This document shows positions 1 to 10,597 of a stretch of 64,000 bases of DNA, one piece after another. A program made the translations under genes and the position numbers. The DNA is taken from contig NIVC01002677.1 of NCBI GenBank assembly GCA_002269645.1, positions 86,133 to 150,132 on the forward strand, in the 5' to 3' direction. This stretch comes from Macrostomum lignano. Its lineage: Eukaryota. Below the pieces are notes generated by a model, which worked only from the letters and a program-made list of their open reading frames with translations, had not been told where the DNA came from and ran no database searches. Every line of letters begins with the position of its first letter. Within the stretch, counting starts at the first letter, position 1.

Positions 1-145
1 TCACAGCCAAAATGACGTAGGCCGTAACAAAGAAAATGTAGTCGACCCAGAGCATCTCCCATACGCTGCCAGTCCATCGGAATAGCAGCTTCAGGAAGAA
101 CAGTCGATCTTTCGTGTAGATCTTTGACGCGTAGCTGACAACCAT
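1..145 (-). CDS. BEST: Bestrophin (Ca-activated anion channel), first coding exon, runs off window start
   Basis: Reverse strand from ATG at 145 reads MVVSYASKIYTKDRLFFLKLLFRWTGSVWEMLWVDYIFFVTAYVILAV, matching the bestrophin N-terminus (MTVTY...LLxRWxGSxxKxL..xFL). Confidence 0.9.
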   Translation of the reverse strand, partial: MVVSYASKIYTKDRLFFLKLLFRWTGSVWEMLWVDYIFFVTAYVILAV

Positions 146-1289
146 TATTAATTAGTTTATTTCTCTTTTATTCGCGTCTGGTATCCAATATTCTGCTTTA
201 AAGAGAGCTAATGCCAATAGGGTCGTCTGAATGTGAAGCTCTGAAAAGCGGAGGTAAGGCCTTCTCTCTCTTGAATAAAGTAAAGCCTAAATGTTCACTC
301 GACGCTAGGGAAGGGTGGGCTGGGCCAGTCCAATAGGAATAAGAGCTTTCCCCGCCCCCGTGTGTACATACCAACGGAGGGTGGGGGACGGGGTTGAAAT
401 GAATGTACATAGAAATAAGTGAAGAGTTTTTGTGTACATTGAATGAAAAAGAGAGGGAGCCTGGAGTCTTCTCTCTCCCTCTGGTTCCCCAATTAATTGC
501 ATACTGAGCTAGTTTGTGCCAAAGCAACTTGTACAGTATATCTTAAACATACGTATTACTATTTGCGTATTGTATTTGTATGAATAGCCTTTTTTTAACT
601 ATATAAAATATATTGATAATGTAAGCAATTGCACAAATCAATTGATTATTCTCTGAAAAGTCGAAGCTATCTTCTCTGTAGATTGATTGTAGATGTGAAT
701 AAACTACTAGTGATAAGCGGCTGAACCGATCGAGCAAAATGTCTCAACTCTTTATCTGCCGAGGCTCTGGTGATGTTAATGGAATATTAATATGAAGCTT
801 CATATTTATAGCTGCATTGATTGAATTGTTTATGGTCGAAACAGGATTTCCAATTAATGACTCAAGGACAACTGAAGCATTAAGCCCCCACACCCCCGTT
901 CTCACTCTCCCCATGGACTTCTATACTTAGCATCTAAGTATAGAAGTCCATGACTCTCCCCCATCTCGACTCCTTCGAATGCCATAGACGAAAGCGCATA
1001 GCAATAAATCATTGTCAGCGGGGCGGGCTGTCGTTTTCAACGGAGTATAAATGATTGTTTGAGACTTTCTTGGCAACTTGGGATTTACTCCCGATCGAAA
1101 TTCTGTTTGTCGTATCATGCAAGACGCATATTATAATAATCGGTTTTTTATATGAAATTTATCTGTGCATTCAATTTTTTGTTCTAAGAAAAGAGTACTG
1201 AAAAGTAAAACGTACCCTTCCTCAGTGTATACAATGATATACCAGAATTTCTCCAATTGGTCATGGCATGGCTGCCATGCGCAGCAGTA

Positions 1290-1492
1290 CTAAAGTGGAT
1301 AGTGTACTTTGGTGCTTGCCGGGGTTGTAAAGGCAGCAGGGAGAAGATTAGTGAATCTGGTGCAAACTGGCAAGCGCCAGTTTCTGGGAGGATGGGAGGG
1401 GCCAATGCAATTCCGGTCAAAGCCACACACCACAAGCCCCAGCCCCTGTCTTCTTCATCTCTGTCAGTACAGTTGCTGTTATGTGACCGAGC
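1290..1492 (-). CDS. Possible terminal exon of the C-type lectin gene (PAN/apple-like Cys pattern), needs two indels
   Basis: attag|GC acceptor at 1492 is phase-compatible with exon 4. Stitched frames give GACGVW(C)FDRNCIG...VCTRF...HYPL*. Speculative. Confidence 0.2.
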
Positions 1493-2499
1493 CTAATATT
1501 GCATTATTAAAGAAGTTTGCAGTATGCAGTCAATGTCAAACTTTGATGGAATTCTGCATTAACTACTAGCAATTAGGTCTATAATAATGTGATTGACATT
1601 AACTTAAGCAATGCAAGAAATTTGCGGTGGTTGACAAATGTACAAATATAGAGCTGTGTATGCTAAGGATAGTCTATGTAGAAACTCTCTGATTCGCTAA
1701 TGAACAGAGAGTCGGGCCATAGACCAATTGAAGGCAGAAAGGAGAGGAGCTGCACTCTCACATAGACTGCAGGCCAAGCAAGTTAAGCAGACTCTTCTCT
1801 GTGGTTAAATTATCGATTTTTAATGAATTATCCACTCGATTGGCTTTATTGGCTATAATGATCGAGTGCAGACTTTCTGTGGCAGTGGCTGCTACGGCTG
1901 CAGCGAATGGGGATTGTCGACTTTATCGGTTTAATTACGATTGATTAATGTATGCGCATCTCTGATGTCTGATCTATATTTATTAATAACGTTACTTACT
2001 ACATACCGGTGATTAATTATAAGTCCTGCTACTAAAGCAGAAAACACGATTTTAAGTATAATATTTGCCTGAGACAGACATAATATAAGACGTTTATATG
2101 GAAGCGTTTGTAATTTATTTATTTCTTATACAGGGAGCTTTTTTAAAGCAACATACATGTATCGGTACAAGGCTCGCAATTTTACTGTACTAATACTAAC
2201 TTCTTGTACTAATATGTATGAGTATGTATGTACAACACTACTGGAAACTTTTACATATAGTATCTTTATTCAAGCTTCGAAACAGAAACTCCGCACTTTA
2301 TTCGAATCATAAACAAATCTATCCGTGTAAAATGCAAAACAGATTCAGAAGCAATAAAACAGTCATCTTGTAGCTAACTGTAATCGTTAACAATTGTAAA
2401 CTTTGTTACCGCGGCGTCACGAACACAAACACCGCTCATTATCGCGCGTCGGAGTATCAACTCCAAACTGGACTCAACTCATCGTCAGCTCATGCTCAC

Positions 2500-2540
2500 C
2501 TTCGTCGGGACCCACGCCTCGTTGGGCATTGATAGAGTTC
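2500..2540 (-). CDS. C-type lectin gene, putative exon 4
   Basis: ttttcag| acceptor and AG|gtgagc donor. 41 nt, phase 2/1, (R)NSINAQRGVGPDE, in frame with exon 3. Confidence 0.5.
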
Positions 2541-2664
2541 CTGAAAACCTTGGATTAAAGCTTCTGATTTGCGGGTGTGAGGGTGGAGCTGCATGGTTGC
2601 TATGCAATTTAAGATGGAAAACGATTTCCATTAATGCATACACAAAATATAGCGCGTAAATCAC

Positions 2665-2707
2665 CTGAACAACGGCGTTGTGCGGCCTTTGCAATCGCTG
2701 GGACTCG
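2665..2707 (-). CDS. C-type lectin gene, putative exon 3
   Basis: gttcag| acceptor and AG|gtgat donor. 43 nt, phase 1/2, (A)SPSDCKGRTTPLF. Confidence 0.5.
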
Positions 2708-2773
2708 CTGAACAATCGGGAGGGAGGCTATAGGAGGAAATGGGGATAGCAACTGAGGATTGTTTAGTCTCAC

Positions 2774-2946
2774 CTTCGCAGACCGACGGCAGATTCAGGA
2801 TGCAAGACTCCACCCGCCAGTTGCCATCGCTGTCAAAAGTCACGCAGTCGTCGCCTTCGTTTGGCTGCTCGGGCCGCCAGACGCGCTCGCCCAGCGGCTG
2901 AAGTCGTCCTTGACGTAGACGCTGCCGTCAGTGCGCTGGAAGTAGC
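2774..2946 (-). CDS. C-type lectin domain exon 2 (contains a 1-nt frameshift)
   Basis: tttacag|GC..G|gtgag. Reads GYFQRTDGSVYVKDD/QPLGERVWRPEQPNEGDDCVTFDSDGNWRVESCILNLPSVCE (CTLD W-x3-QPN, CV, W-x4-C, VCE). The exon is 173 nt, whereas phase 1/1 requires a multiple of 3. Confidence 0.85.
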
Positions 2947-3357
2947 CTGTAAAGGGCATTCAGTTCGGTTTTGGTCCAAGCTGCCAGGCTTAGTGGAGTT
3001 GACACTGATTTTGAGTCATAAACATATAAAGTATAATAGAAGTACAGTCTTGATCGAGCTTGTCTACTCTAAAACGTATTGAAGAAGCGAATCTGTGTGA
3101 AATCCGGACGTCTAAAGAACGCCTAAGCATTATACTTGGTGTCGGTCTTCAATGCTATATTCTCGGACGCAATACACACTTTCTTCACTTAAATTCGGAA
3201 GCCCAGAAGGTGAAATATTGTCAAATCAATTTAATACTGAAATCCCAGAAATCAGCGAGTGTAAGTATCCTCATATTTTAGTTGTCCGTAGTTTGAGTAA
3301 CAAAATTGCGCTGCAAGTCATGCCTAGATTTCGTACGATACTACTTTTAGTTTCGAG

Positions 3358-3560
3358 GGCAGAGCAGGTCAGCGGTAACTTGTCTGTCTCTCGCGCCGTG
3401 ACTCGCAGGTTCGATTCCAGATTCGTTTGGGGCTTTTTGCACAAAAATTAGACAGCGATTTGTTGTGCAATTCAACCTCCAAACCTCTTAAGGCCCAGAA
3501 AATGTACATGTCAGGGATGCTCTACACCCTGTGTGATCGTGTATATGAGTGTGTGCCTGC
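3358..3560 (+). mobile_element. tRNA-derived SINE family A copy (in lectin intron 1)
   Basis: A-box-like GCAGAGCAGGTCAGCGGT, B-box GGTTCGATTCC (3408-3418), body GTCAGGG..TACACCCTGTGTGA shared with the 4936, 30463 and 49055 copies. Confidence 0.7.
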
Positions 3561-3580
3561 CTACACTATCCGCGCCTCAC

Positions 3581-3863
3581 CTTCTCGCGCCTGATCGTCC
3601 ATGCCAACGTAGGCCTTCTCAACCTTCTTGCCGAGCAGGAACGCTTTCACTCGGTTGTTAGTGGCCAGATCCTTGATCGTGACCAGCCGCATTCCCTTGT
3701 CGTAGCAGGACTGGATGCACTGGTAGCGGCTGGAACCGGTGCACAGACTCATCTGACCCGGCGCCGATGTCACAACGGCGTCGGTGGGATCAGACGCCAA
3801 CATCAGCGTCAGCAACAGCGGCAGCAGGAGCCGCTGCGCTGCCGTTGCGAGCTTCTCCAACAT
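3581..3863 (-). CDS. Secreted C-type lectin, exon 1 (signal peptide plus first half of CTLD)
   Basis: MLEKLATAAQRLLLPLLLTLMLA signal peptide; CIQSCYDKGMRLVTIKD..N..V..FL and AYVGMDDQARE(G) are CTLD motifs; donor AG|gtgagg at 3580. Confidence 0.85.
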
Positions 3864-4935
3864 TTGATCAGTTCGAATTGTGTTGCTGCTGATCGAAGAG
3901 TCGGGGTTTGGTTGGCTGGCAGCAGGGTTTCACTGCATGGTTTGTAAGGAAGCGGAGTTAACATAGGGAATTTGAACTTAGCATTGGTATTGATGGCTTA
4001 TCGGCCCAGGTAATTAGAAGCACCGAGACATCCCGTCCAAGCCTCCTTATTAGGCCTTGTTTCTAGATGCATGTATCTTGAGCCGTTAAGCTGTCAGTTT
4101 CAGTTAGCTGTCAGATTGGGCCCCAAATTCAGCTCCATTGTGGATTCACATCCAACTTCAAAGAAGCTTCTTTAAATTTTGTAGGCTATATCGCTTGTTC
4201 TCAATTAAAGATAAGAAGGTAGAGAGAAACATGGAAACATACTGAAATTTTTTGGGACGTGTCGATTTTAATTAAAATCATATACTCATTCTAAACGGCA
4301 AGCTTCGATGTTGAAACACTAGAGATCAAGAAGGGAACACAACCTTACCTTTGCAAATCGAAGCGAATACAAATCCAGTTGGCCGAAAGAATTTTCCTTT
4401 TTTTGCAAAACGGATACCTTAAAGCGGCTGAGCTATCGATCTCGGAAAATGGGGATTTATATCCAATTTTCCTCCTTGAGAGCAGATTGGGATTAGCGAC
4501 AGCTGCGACCAGAAATAATCAACGAAATGGATTAGTATAGCTGAGGGATTTGAGGAAGCAAACTCGTAAGGTTGCTTTTTTGCTCCATGCACAGGAACTT
4601 CAGGAAGCCAGCTGTTGCGTCAAAAGCCTATTACAGATAGTCTAAACCCCTCATGCGAGCCAGAACTGAGTATTGCGTCCGTGATAGACAGGTGCCTCAA
4701 TCACTTGCGGGCATTCATTCAGCTCAGAAGCCAAACCAAGGCCTGATTTGGATTATCGCGGCGCCTCGGGATTTTTTTGCTAGAACTGATTTCGTCAGAA
4801 AAGATCTCAATAAATATTGATAGAATGTTTACGAATTTGACAGAGGTGAGCTATCCTATAGCCAACAAACTTTCGCAGAGATCAGATTAAGGACCATCTA
4901 GAAGTTACCGTTGTATCAGGACGTAATTAGGGACA

Positions 4936-5157
4936 TGCAGAGTAGCTTTGCGGTACACTCGCCCGACTGTTGCGTCACGACCCCTGGTTTGATTCCGTGC
5001 AACAGCAAAGACAAATTTATTTGGGGCTTGTGTACTAGAAAGTCAGGGCCGCTGTGCACCCCTGTGTGAGCGTGTGCATGAGTGAGGGCCTGTGTACACA
5101 GTATTGACGCGCAATGGGCAGAATTGTCGTCAGCGCTGGTTGTGAGACCAAGGTGCC
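4936..5157 (+). mobile_element. tRNA-derived SINE family A copy
   Basis: A-box GCAGAGTAGCTTTGCGGTA, B-box GGTTTGATTCC, body AGTCAGGGCCGCTGTGCACCCCTGTGTGAG and CACAGTATTGACGCGC. Confidence 0.7.
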
Positions 5158-5429
5158 CTATAAATATTATTATCAGGTAACAGTCGCATAGTATGAAAAA
5201 ATATTTGAGGGCCGAATTTCGCATAGAAAATTTCTGTTGATAGTGTCTTTTATTCCCGACAACTTGTCTATCATAAAACCTTATTTATCATACGTGTAAA
5301 ATGTTAAAATATAACGTTATTCGAAAAGCAAATCTACTTCTGAACTGAAATCCGTCTGAGATGATGAAAAACGGAAAACTTCTTATCTCATCCATGCATT
5401 TTTCAGCGAAAACCGGGACTGTTTAGTAC

Positions 5430-5712
5430 CATCGTTCTGCTCGGTAGATCGGTAGGCCACCCAGGAGAGTCCTCTGCGCCGCCGGATGTCCTCTCCACCA
5501 CGTAGGGCACCAGACAGCCACCATCCCATGCCGGGGACAACTTTAACTGGCGGTCCCACATGATGCCAGCCGAGAGCTGATGTCCCCAGCCTCTGCAGGA
5601 TGTCCTGCTGCTCACTTTGCAGGGCTCGTTGAGGCGAGGCCTGGCGCAAACCTGTCGATACGTGGCCTGCCTGCTGTGCCCGCTCTGGCTCGCTTGTTGT
5701 TGTCGTTGTCAT
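5430..5712 (-). CDS. Unassigned coding-like exon
   Basis: GC-rich open frame MTTTTTSEPERA...GWHHVGPPVKVVPGMGWWLSG...YRSTEQND ending at a G|gtac donor. No family recognised and no partner exon found. Confidence 0.3.
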
Positions 5713-6964
5713 GGGGGCTTTGGATTGCTGCCTCAACAAAGCAAAAACCAAATTAAAAGCATCGATAAGTGCAAAATAAAAAAACAAAATGAATTCGAAG
5801 TAACAAAATCCGATGTGAATAGCAAATCAACTATGACTATCTACTCTCCGCTTGATCTCTTAATTATTTAATTAGTTTGTTTATTTGTTTATTTCTCCGG
5901 ATCGAAGCCGACAAAACTGAGTTGGTCTAATTTAAACAAATGAGGAAAAACAGCCTGAGTGCTCAGCTTAGTAAAACGCAAGACGACAACAACCATAAGT
6001 ACGAGTATATATATATAGGGATATCGTATACGCAGTGAATTCAGATAGGTCGGTGTGTTCTTTTTTTAGCATAATATTTTGTGAGTTTCCTGTTAAACAA
6101 AAGGGTTCGGGTAACAATAGTATACAATATTGGCGCTTACAATAGTAAGTACAAGCGGGAGCGCTTCCAGTAAATCGGTTGATGCTTCACACTTTTAGTG
6201 ACAAAAAATTGTTGTCTTTTTGATATAAAAATAGATAGGAAAAGTACACGTTGTCAGGCTGGTTTAGAGTTGATGGTGCATAAATAGTCCGCGCAGTTCA
6301 CCTGCAAATTTTATAACGCGATTTATGCATGCTGTTTGAATAAACTAATTAGCCATGGAGGCGGAAAAAAGTCCTGAAAGAAATTCGTACATCAAACTTG
6401 CTTCCGACTCAGTGGGAGCTCATTAGATTGGGAGTTTGCTATAGCGGAATCAGAAAGTCCAACGGTGCTGCGGTTGCTACACAAAAAATGGGTCGCCTTT
6501 GCTTGGCTGTAACAGCAATAATTTGAAACTGCGGCAGGGAAAGTATTCAGTACAACAACAATAAAACGACAGAGTTGTGTGACGTTTTGGTGAAAAAGCA
6601 TTGGTGCAGATATTCGATCGAGTGCTCTGAAGATCTGTGCTCTAATCGTATACTCGTAAAGACTGTTACAACAAATGTTAAGGAAAAATCTCTGTCATTT
6701 TGGTAGCGTTTTTTTATAGCCGAAAATACTTCTTCCGTAGTGTTTGTATAACGATTTGGATACGCGGTTTAAGTCGACTATCTTATTATATTGAAGTTTT
6801 TCATAACTTAATAGTGAATAAAATCCATTATGCGCCCTACATTCTACGGGCTTTCAGTCTGGTTAATTCCGTCGCTCAAGGAGTGTCAACGACAACATGG
6901 CTGTCTGTTCGACCATTCAAAAGCTCAATCAATCGATCATCTCTCATCTTGACCTCCCGCAAGT

Positions 6965-7531
6965 TCAGATCTCCACGGCAGTCCTGGCGGAGCTCACGGA
7001 GGCCGACAGGTTCGGCAGCGAGGCGCTGAACGTAGCGAGAGGCAGCGACGGCGCTTCCGGTGGCGGGGGCGGCGGCGGCGGCAGGACCTCTGCCTCGACA
7101 ACAATCCGCTGGGAGGAGACGCCCGAGTCATCGTCTTCGTCGTTGCAGTCGGTGCTGTTGTCTTCTGGATCGTAGTTGCTGTCAAAGTCCAGACGCGAGT
7201 CGCCGTCGTCTCCGATGGCCGTGACAAAGTCCTCGGTGTCCTCGTCGCCGCCACCAGCCTGGAAGTGAGGCAGCGCCGAGTTGCCTCCTACTCCGATGGT
7301 GGCAGCATCCTCCGAGTCGCTAGTCTCTGGCGTGATGTCCAGTCGGAAGTTCAGCAGTTGCTTATCTGTCGCGGCCGTTGTCATGCAGTTATCGAAGGCC
7401 ACGGAGTCCAGCGCCTTGAGCAGGTAAGCCTGCTGAGCTTTGTACTGGTCTCGCAGCCGCTCCAGTTGGGTGGCCGCGTAGTCTTTGATGCGCAGCAGCT
7501 GCTGGTTGTACTGCTCACGAACTCGCTCCAC
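6965..7531 (-). CDS. LRR-Ig transmembrane protein, exon 4 (cytoplasmic 22-aa repeats and acidic tail)
   Basis: ttcctcag|GTG, phase 0. VERVREQYNQQLLRIKDYAATQLERLRDQY... continues the repeat of exon 3; stop at 6965. Confidence 0.85.
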   Translation of the reverse strand: MERVREQYNQQLLRIKDYAATQLERLRDQYKAQQAYLLKALDSVAFDNCMTTAATDKQLLNFRLDITPETSDSEDAATIGVGGNSALPHFQAGGGDEDTEDFVTAIGDDGDSRLDFDSNYDPEDNSTDCNDEDDDSGVSSQRIVVEAEVLPPPPPPPPEAPSLPLATFSASLPNLSASVSSARTAVEI

Positions 7532-8918
7532 CTGAGGAATACACAGAATGCACCGTGCTACTATCCCTATGAAACTGTTTGAGTGCGAGAAAGTTGGCAT
7601 CGAGCAGAATTATTAGCATAGCTAGGAGCAAGTGCCTGCGCCTATTCTGTGAGAAATCAGCTTACTATAAGTCATGACAAACTCTCGAGTCCAGTGTGTA
7701 GTGTACGGCTGTAGGTCCTATGCTTAAAAGTGTCCACCTTTGACGCTAGCTCATGATTTTCCTCAAAGAAACCGTGTGCAGGATATTGAATTAATTATTC
7801 AATTTCGAAAAAATCGTTCATAATGTATTCGCGAAATTGCTTTCTGAATGTTTGGCCCACTATATCTTACCGTTGTATCAGGACGTAACTCTCGTAAATA
7901 TTGCAAAATGTTTTGAAGGCTTTTTGTCTGCAAAAACCAATGCTTTACTGTACGCCTGCCGTTCCCTACATGTAGATATGGGGCCAATGTTTGTGTCAGG
8001 CACATACACACTCTGTGGCTTGGGAGTTGGTCCATAATGATCCTTTCAACGACAAGCCCCGGGGCCAAGTTCATATCCATGCGTGAGGACAAAATTAATG
8101 TATTAATGTTAATGTTAATCCTATACGCTCCTATAGTGCCACGAATTGGATCCAAGAACTTAGACACTGAGCAGGGCTGAGCGATTACTCGGTTCTCGGT
8201 TCTTGTTTGCGAGTATAATCGAGTTTTGATGAGTATTAGACGAGTTATTATAATCAACAATTCACAGCTGAACTGTCAAGTTTTGATGTCGACGGGATTG
8301 AAGCTTTGAAAGTAATAACATTCACTATTGGAGGTGGACAAGCTCAATAAAGGTGGTATCCTTAAAGTGCAGACAGTAAAAAATCAATGGAATACGCGTG
8401 GGAGAGGGCAACTGGAGGACTAAGGTTGCAGCGACAATCGTTACAATCCAGTTGGAGAGGCTCTCTCAGTCTTGTCTCTCGCTCTACTGAATTATTGATT
8501 TCCCTAAGTGCACTTGGCCTCCATTTTGGGTTTCCAGTCAGTTGCTACGAGCATTTGGTCAGCCAGAATTTCATTAATAGTATTCTCATGGACAGCTGAA
8601 CTCTCAACCCTGCACTGTAAAGTACATTTAATCAGGTGCTCGAGACGATACGCTGAATTTGAACCTGGTAACACTATTAGGCCTTAGGTTACTTCTTCGT
8701 ATTGTTGTTTTAAGTATTGTTGGTTGACTGTAGCCTTTTGCAGCGTGTCAACTAACAACATTGTGGAGTGTAACTAACTAAGGTCAATGATGAACTAATC
8801 AGCAATCAATCCCCAGACCGTTGTCTATGGCCAAAGCTCACTCCCCCATAGAATTCCATAGACACGAGGATGCAGGATGGCAGTCCCGACAAGATGGTGC
8901 TTTACTTAAACAACCCAC

Positions 8919-9368
8919 CTGGTTCGACTTGTAGTCCTTGATTCGGCTCATCTGGCTATTGTAGCTCTCCCTCAGCCGTTCAATCTGGCAGTCGCAGTGG
9001 TCGCGGATCTTGGCGATGCGTCTATTGTAGTGCTCCTGCATGAGCATCATGTTGCCAACGCAGGCCTCCTTGACTTTGCCGACCCTGGCGTTGTAGTTGT
9101 CCAGCTGGTTGTGCCGGTAGGTTCGGAACCAATCTTTGCATTCGCGCAGCTGCTCCATCTTGGCGCCACGGTAGGCTTCAAGGTGTTCCAGCATCTCCTT
9201 GATTGACTTCTGCTTTCGCCGTTCCTTCTCTGAGCATTTCCTGATGATCAGGCGGGTTAGGCCGATGACTACGGCGATGCAGAGTAGGGAGGCTGCGCTT
9301 AGTGCACCCACCATCATGCCGTACTTCTTGACCTCGCGCAGCACTTCGTATTTGAGAGTGAACACCAG
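8919..9368 (-). CDS. LRR-Ig transmembrane protein, exon 3 (TM helix and cytoplasmic repeats)
   Basis: ccgacag|CTG, CAG|gtgggt. TM YGMMVGALSAASLLCIAVVIGLTRLII followed by a RKC..RRK stop-transfer segment. Confidence 0.85.
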
Positions 9369-9399
9369 CTGTCGGATGGAGAGGCGGTGTTTGTGGTGG

Positions 9400-9620
9400 G
9401 ATGTCCATTGGGTTCTTATGTAAGATGCTGCTGGATTCTAAAGTGAGGTGTCCGTTGGATACTAAAGTGAGGTTTTTTGTTGGGTTCTCATGTGAGGAGT
9501 CCTTTGGATTCTTATGTGAGGTTTTTTGTTGGGTTCTCATGTGAGGAGTCCTTTGGATTCTTATGTGAGGTGTCCGTTGGAAGCTTGTAAGATGTCCGTT
9601 GGATACTAACGTGGGATGTA
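9400..9620. repeat. Degenerate ~24-bp minisatellite in LRR-Ig intron 2
   Basis: Units GTGAGGTGTCCGTTGGATACTAAA / GTGAGGAGTCCTTTGGATTCTTAT. Confidence 0.8.
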
Positions 9621-9773
9621 CCAAAGTACCTAATTTTGGTGCCTACTACATTCTAATGAGAGGTGTTGGTTAGATTCTAATAGGGTGTCCGATAGATACT
9701 AAATGTGTAATGTCCGATGGGTTCTAATTTTGATTTTCCTTAGATGTACCGTCTTTTCTAAATCTTTTCTCAC

Positions 9774-9996
9774 CTCCCTGACGACCGGCGGTCCGATCCC
9801 ATTGTCGGCGATGCAGCGGTAAAGGCCAGCGTCTGCTCTTGTCACATAGTCGATGTACAAAGAGCCATCCTGCAGCACTTGCACCCGCGACGAGCCCGGA
9901 CCCTCGGCTGCCTTCCGGGCTTCGTATTGAGTGTTCCAGTGCCACGGGTGCTCCGCGTGAAATGTGTTCGTGAAGGTGTCGGCTGGAGCGTGGTAC
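9774..9996 (-). CDS. LRR-Ig transmembrane protein, exon 2 (Ig I-set second half)
   Basis: ctccag|G TAC, GAG|gtgaga. RVQVLQDGSLYIDYVTRADAGLYRCIADNGIG carries the Ig D-x-G-x-Y-x-C motif. Confidence 0.9.
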
Positions 9997-10051
9997 CTGG
10001 AGTGGAAGTATGAGTAGGGAGGCAAAGAGTGAGACGGTTTTTCACTTGTAG

Positions 10052-10597
10052 GGAAAGGGAGTGAGGTGGGACAGGGAGTGAAATGGGACAGGGAGTGAAA
10101 TGGGGGACAGGGAGTGAGACAGGGAGTGAGATGAGGGAGAGGGAGTGAGGTGGGGACAGGGAATGAGGTGGGGACAGGGAGTGAGGTGGGGACAGGGAGT
10201 GAGGTGGGGACAGGGAGTGAGGTGGGGACAGGGAGTGAGGTGGGGACAGGGAGTGAGGTGGGGACAGGGAGTGAGGTGGGGACAGGGAGTGAGGTGGGGA
10301 CAGGGAGTGAGGTGGGGACAGGGAGTGAGGTGGGAACAGGGAGTGAGGTGGGGACAGGGAGTGAGACAGGGAGTGAGATGAGGGAGAGGGAGTGAGGTGG
10401 GGACAGGGAATGAGGTGGAGACAGGGAGTGAGGTGGGGGACAGGGAGTGAGGTGGGACAGGGAGTGAGGTGGGGGACAGGGAGTGGGGTGGAATGGGGAG
10501 TGAGGTGGGGACAGGGAGTGAGGTGGGACAGGGAGTGAGGTGGGGGACAGGGAGTGGGGTGGGGGACAGGGAGTGGGGTGGAATGGGGAGTGAGGTG
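10052..10597. repeat. 18-bp G-rich minisatellite (GGGAGTGAGGTGGGGACA)n
   Basis: About 28 units with variants, ending ~55 nt from the exon 2 acceptor. Confidence 0.95.
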
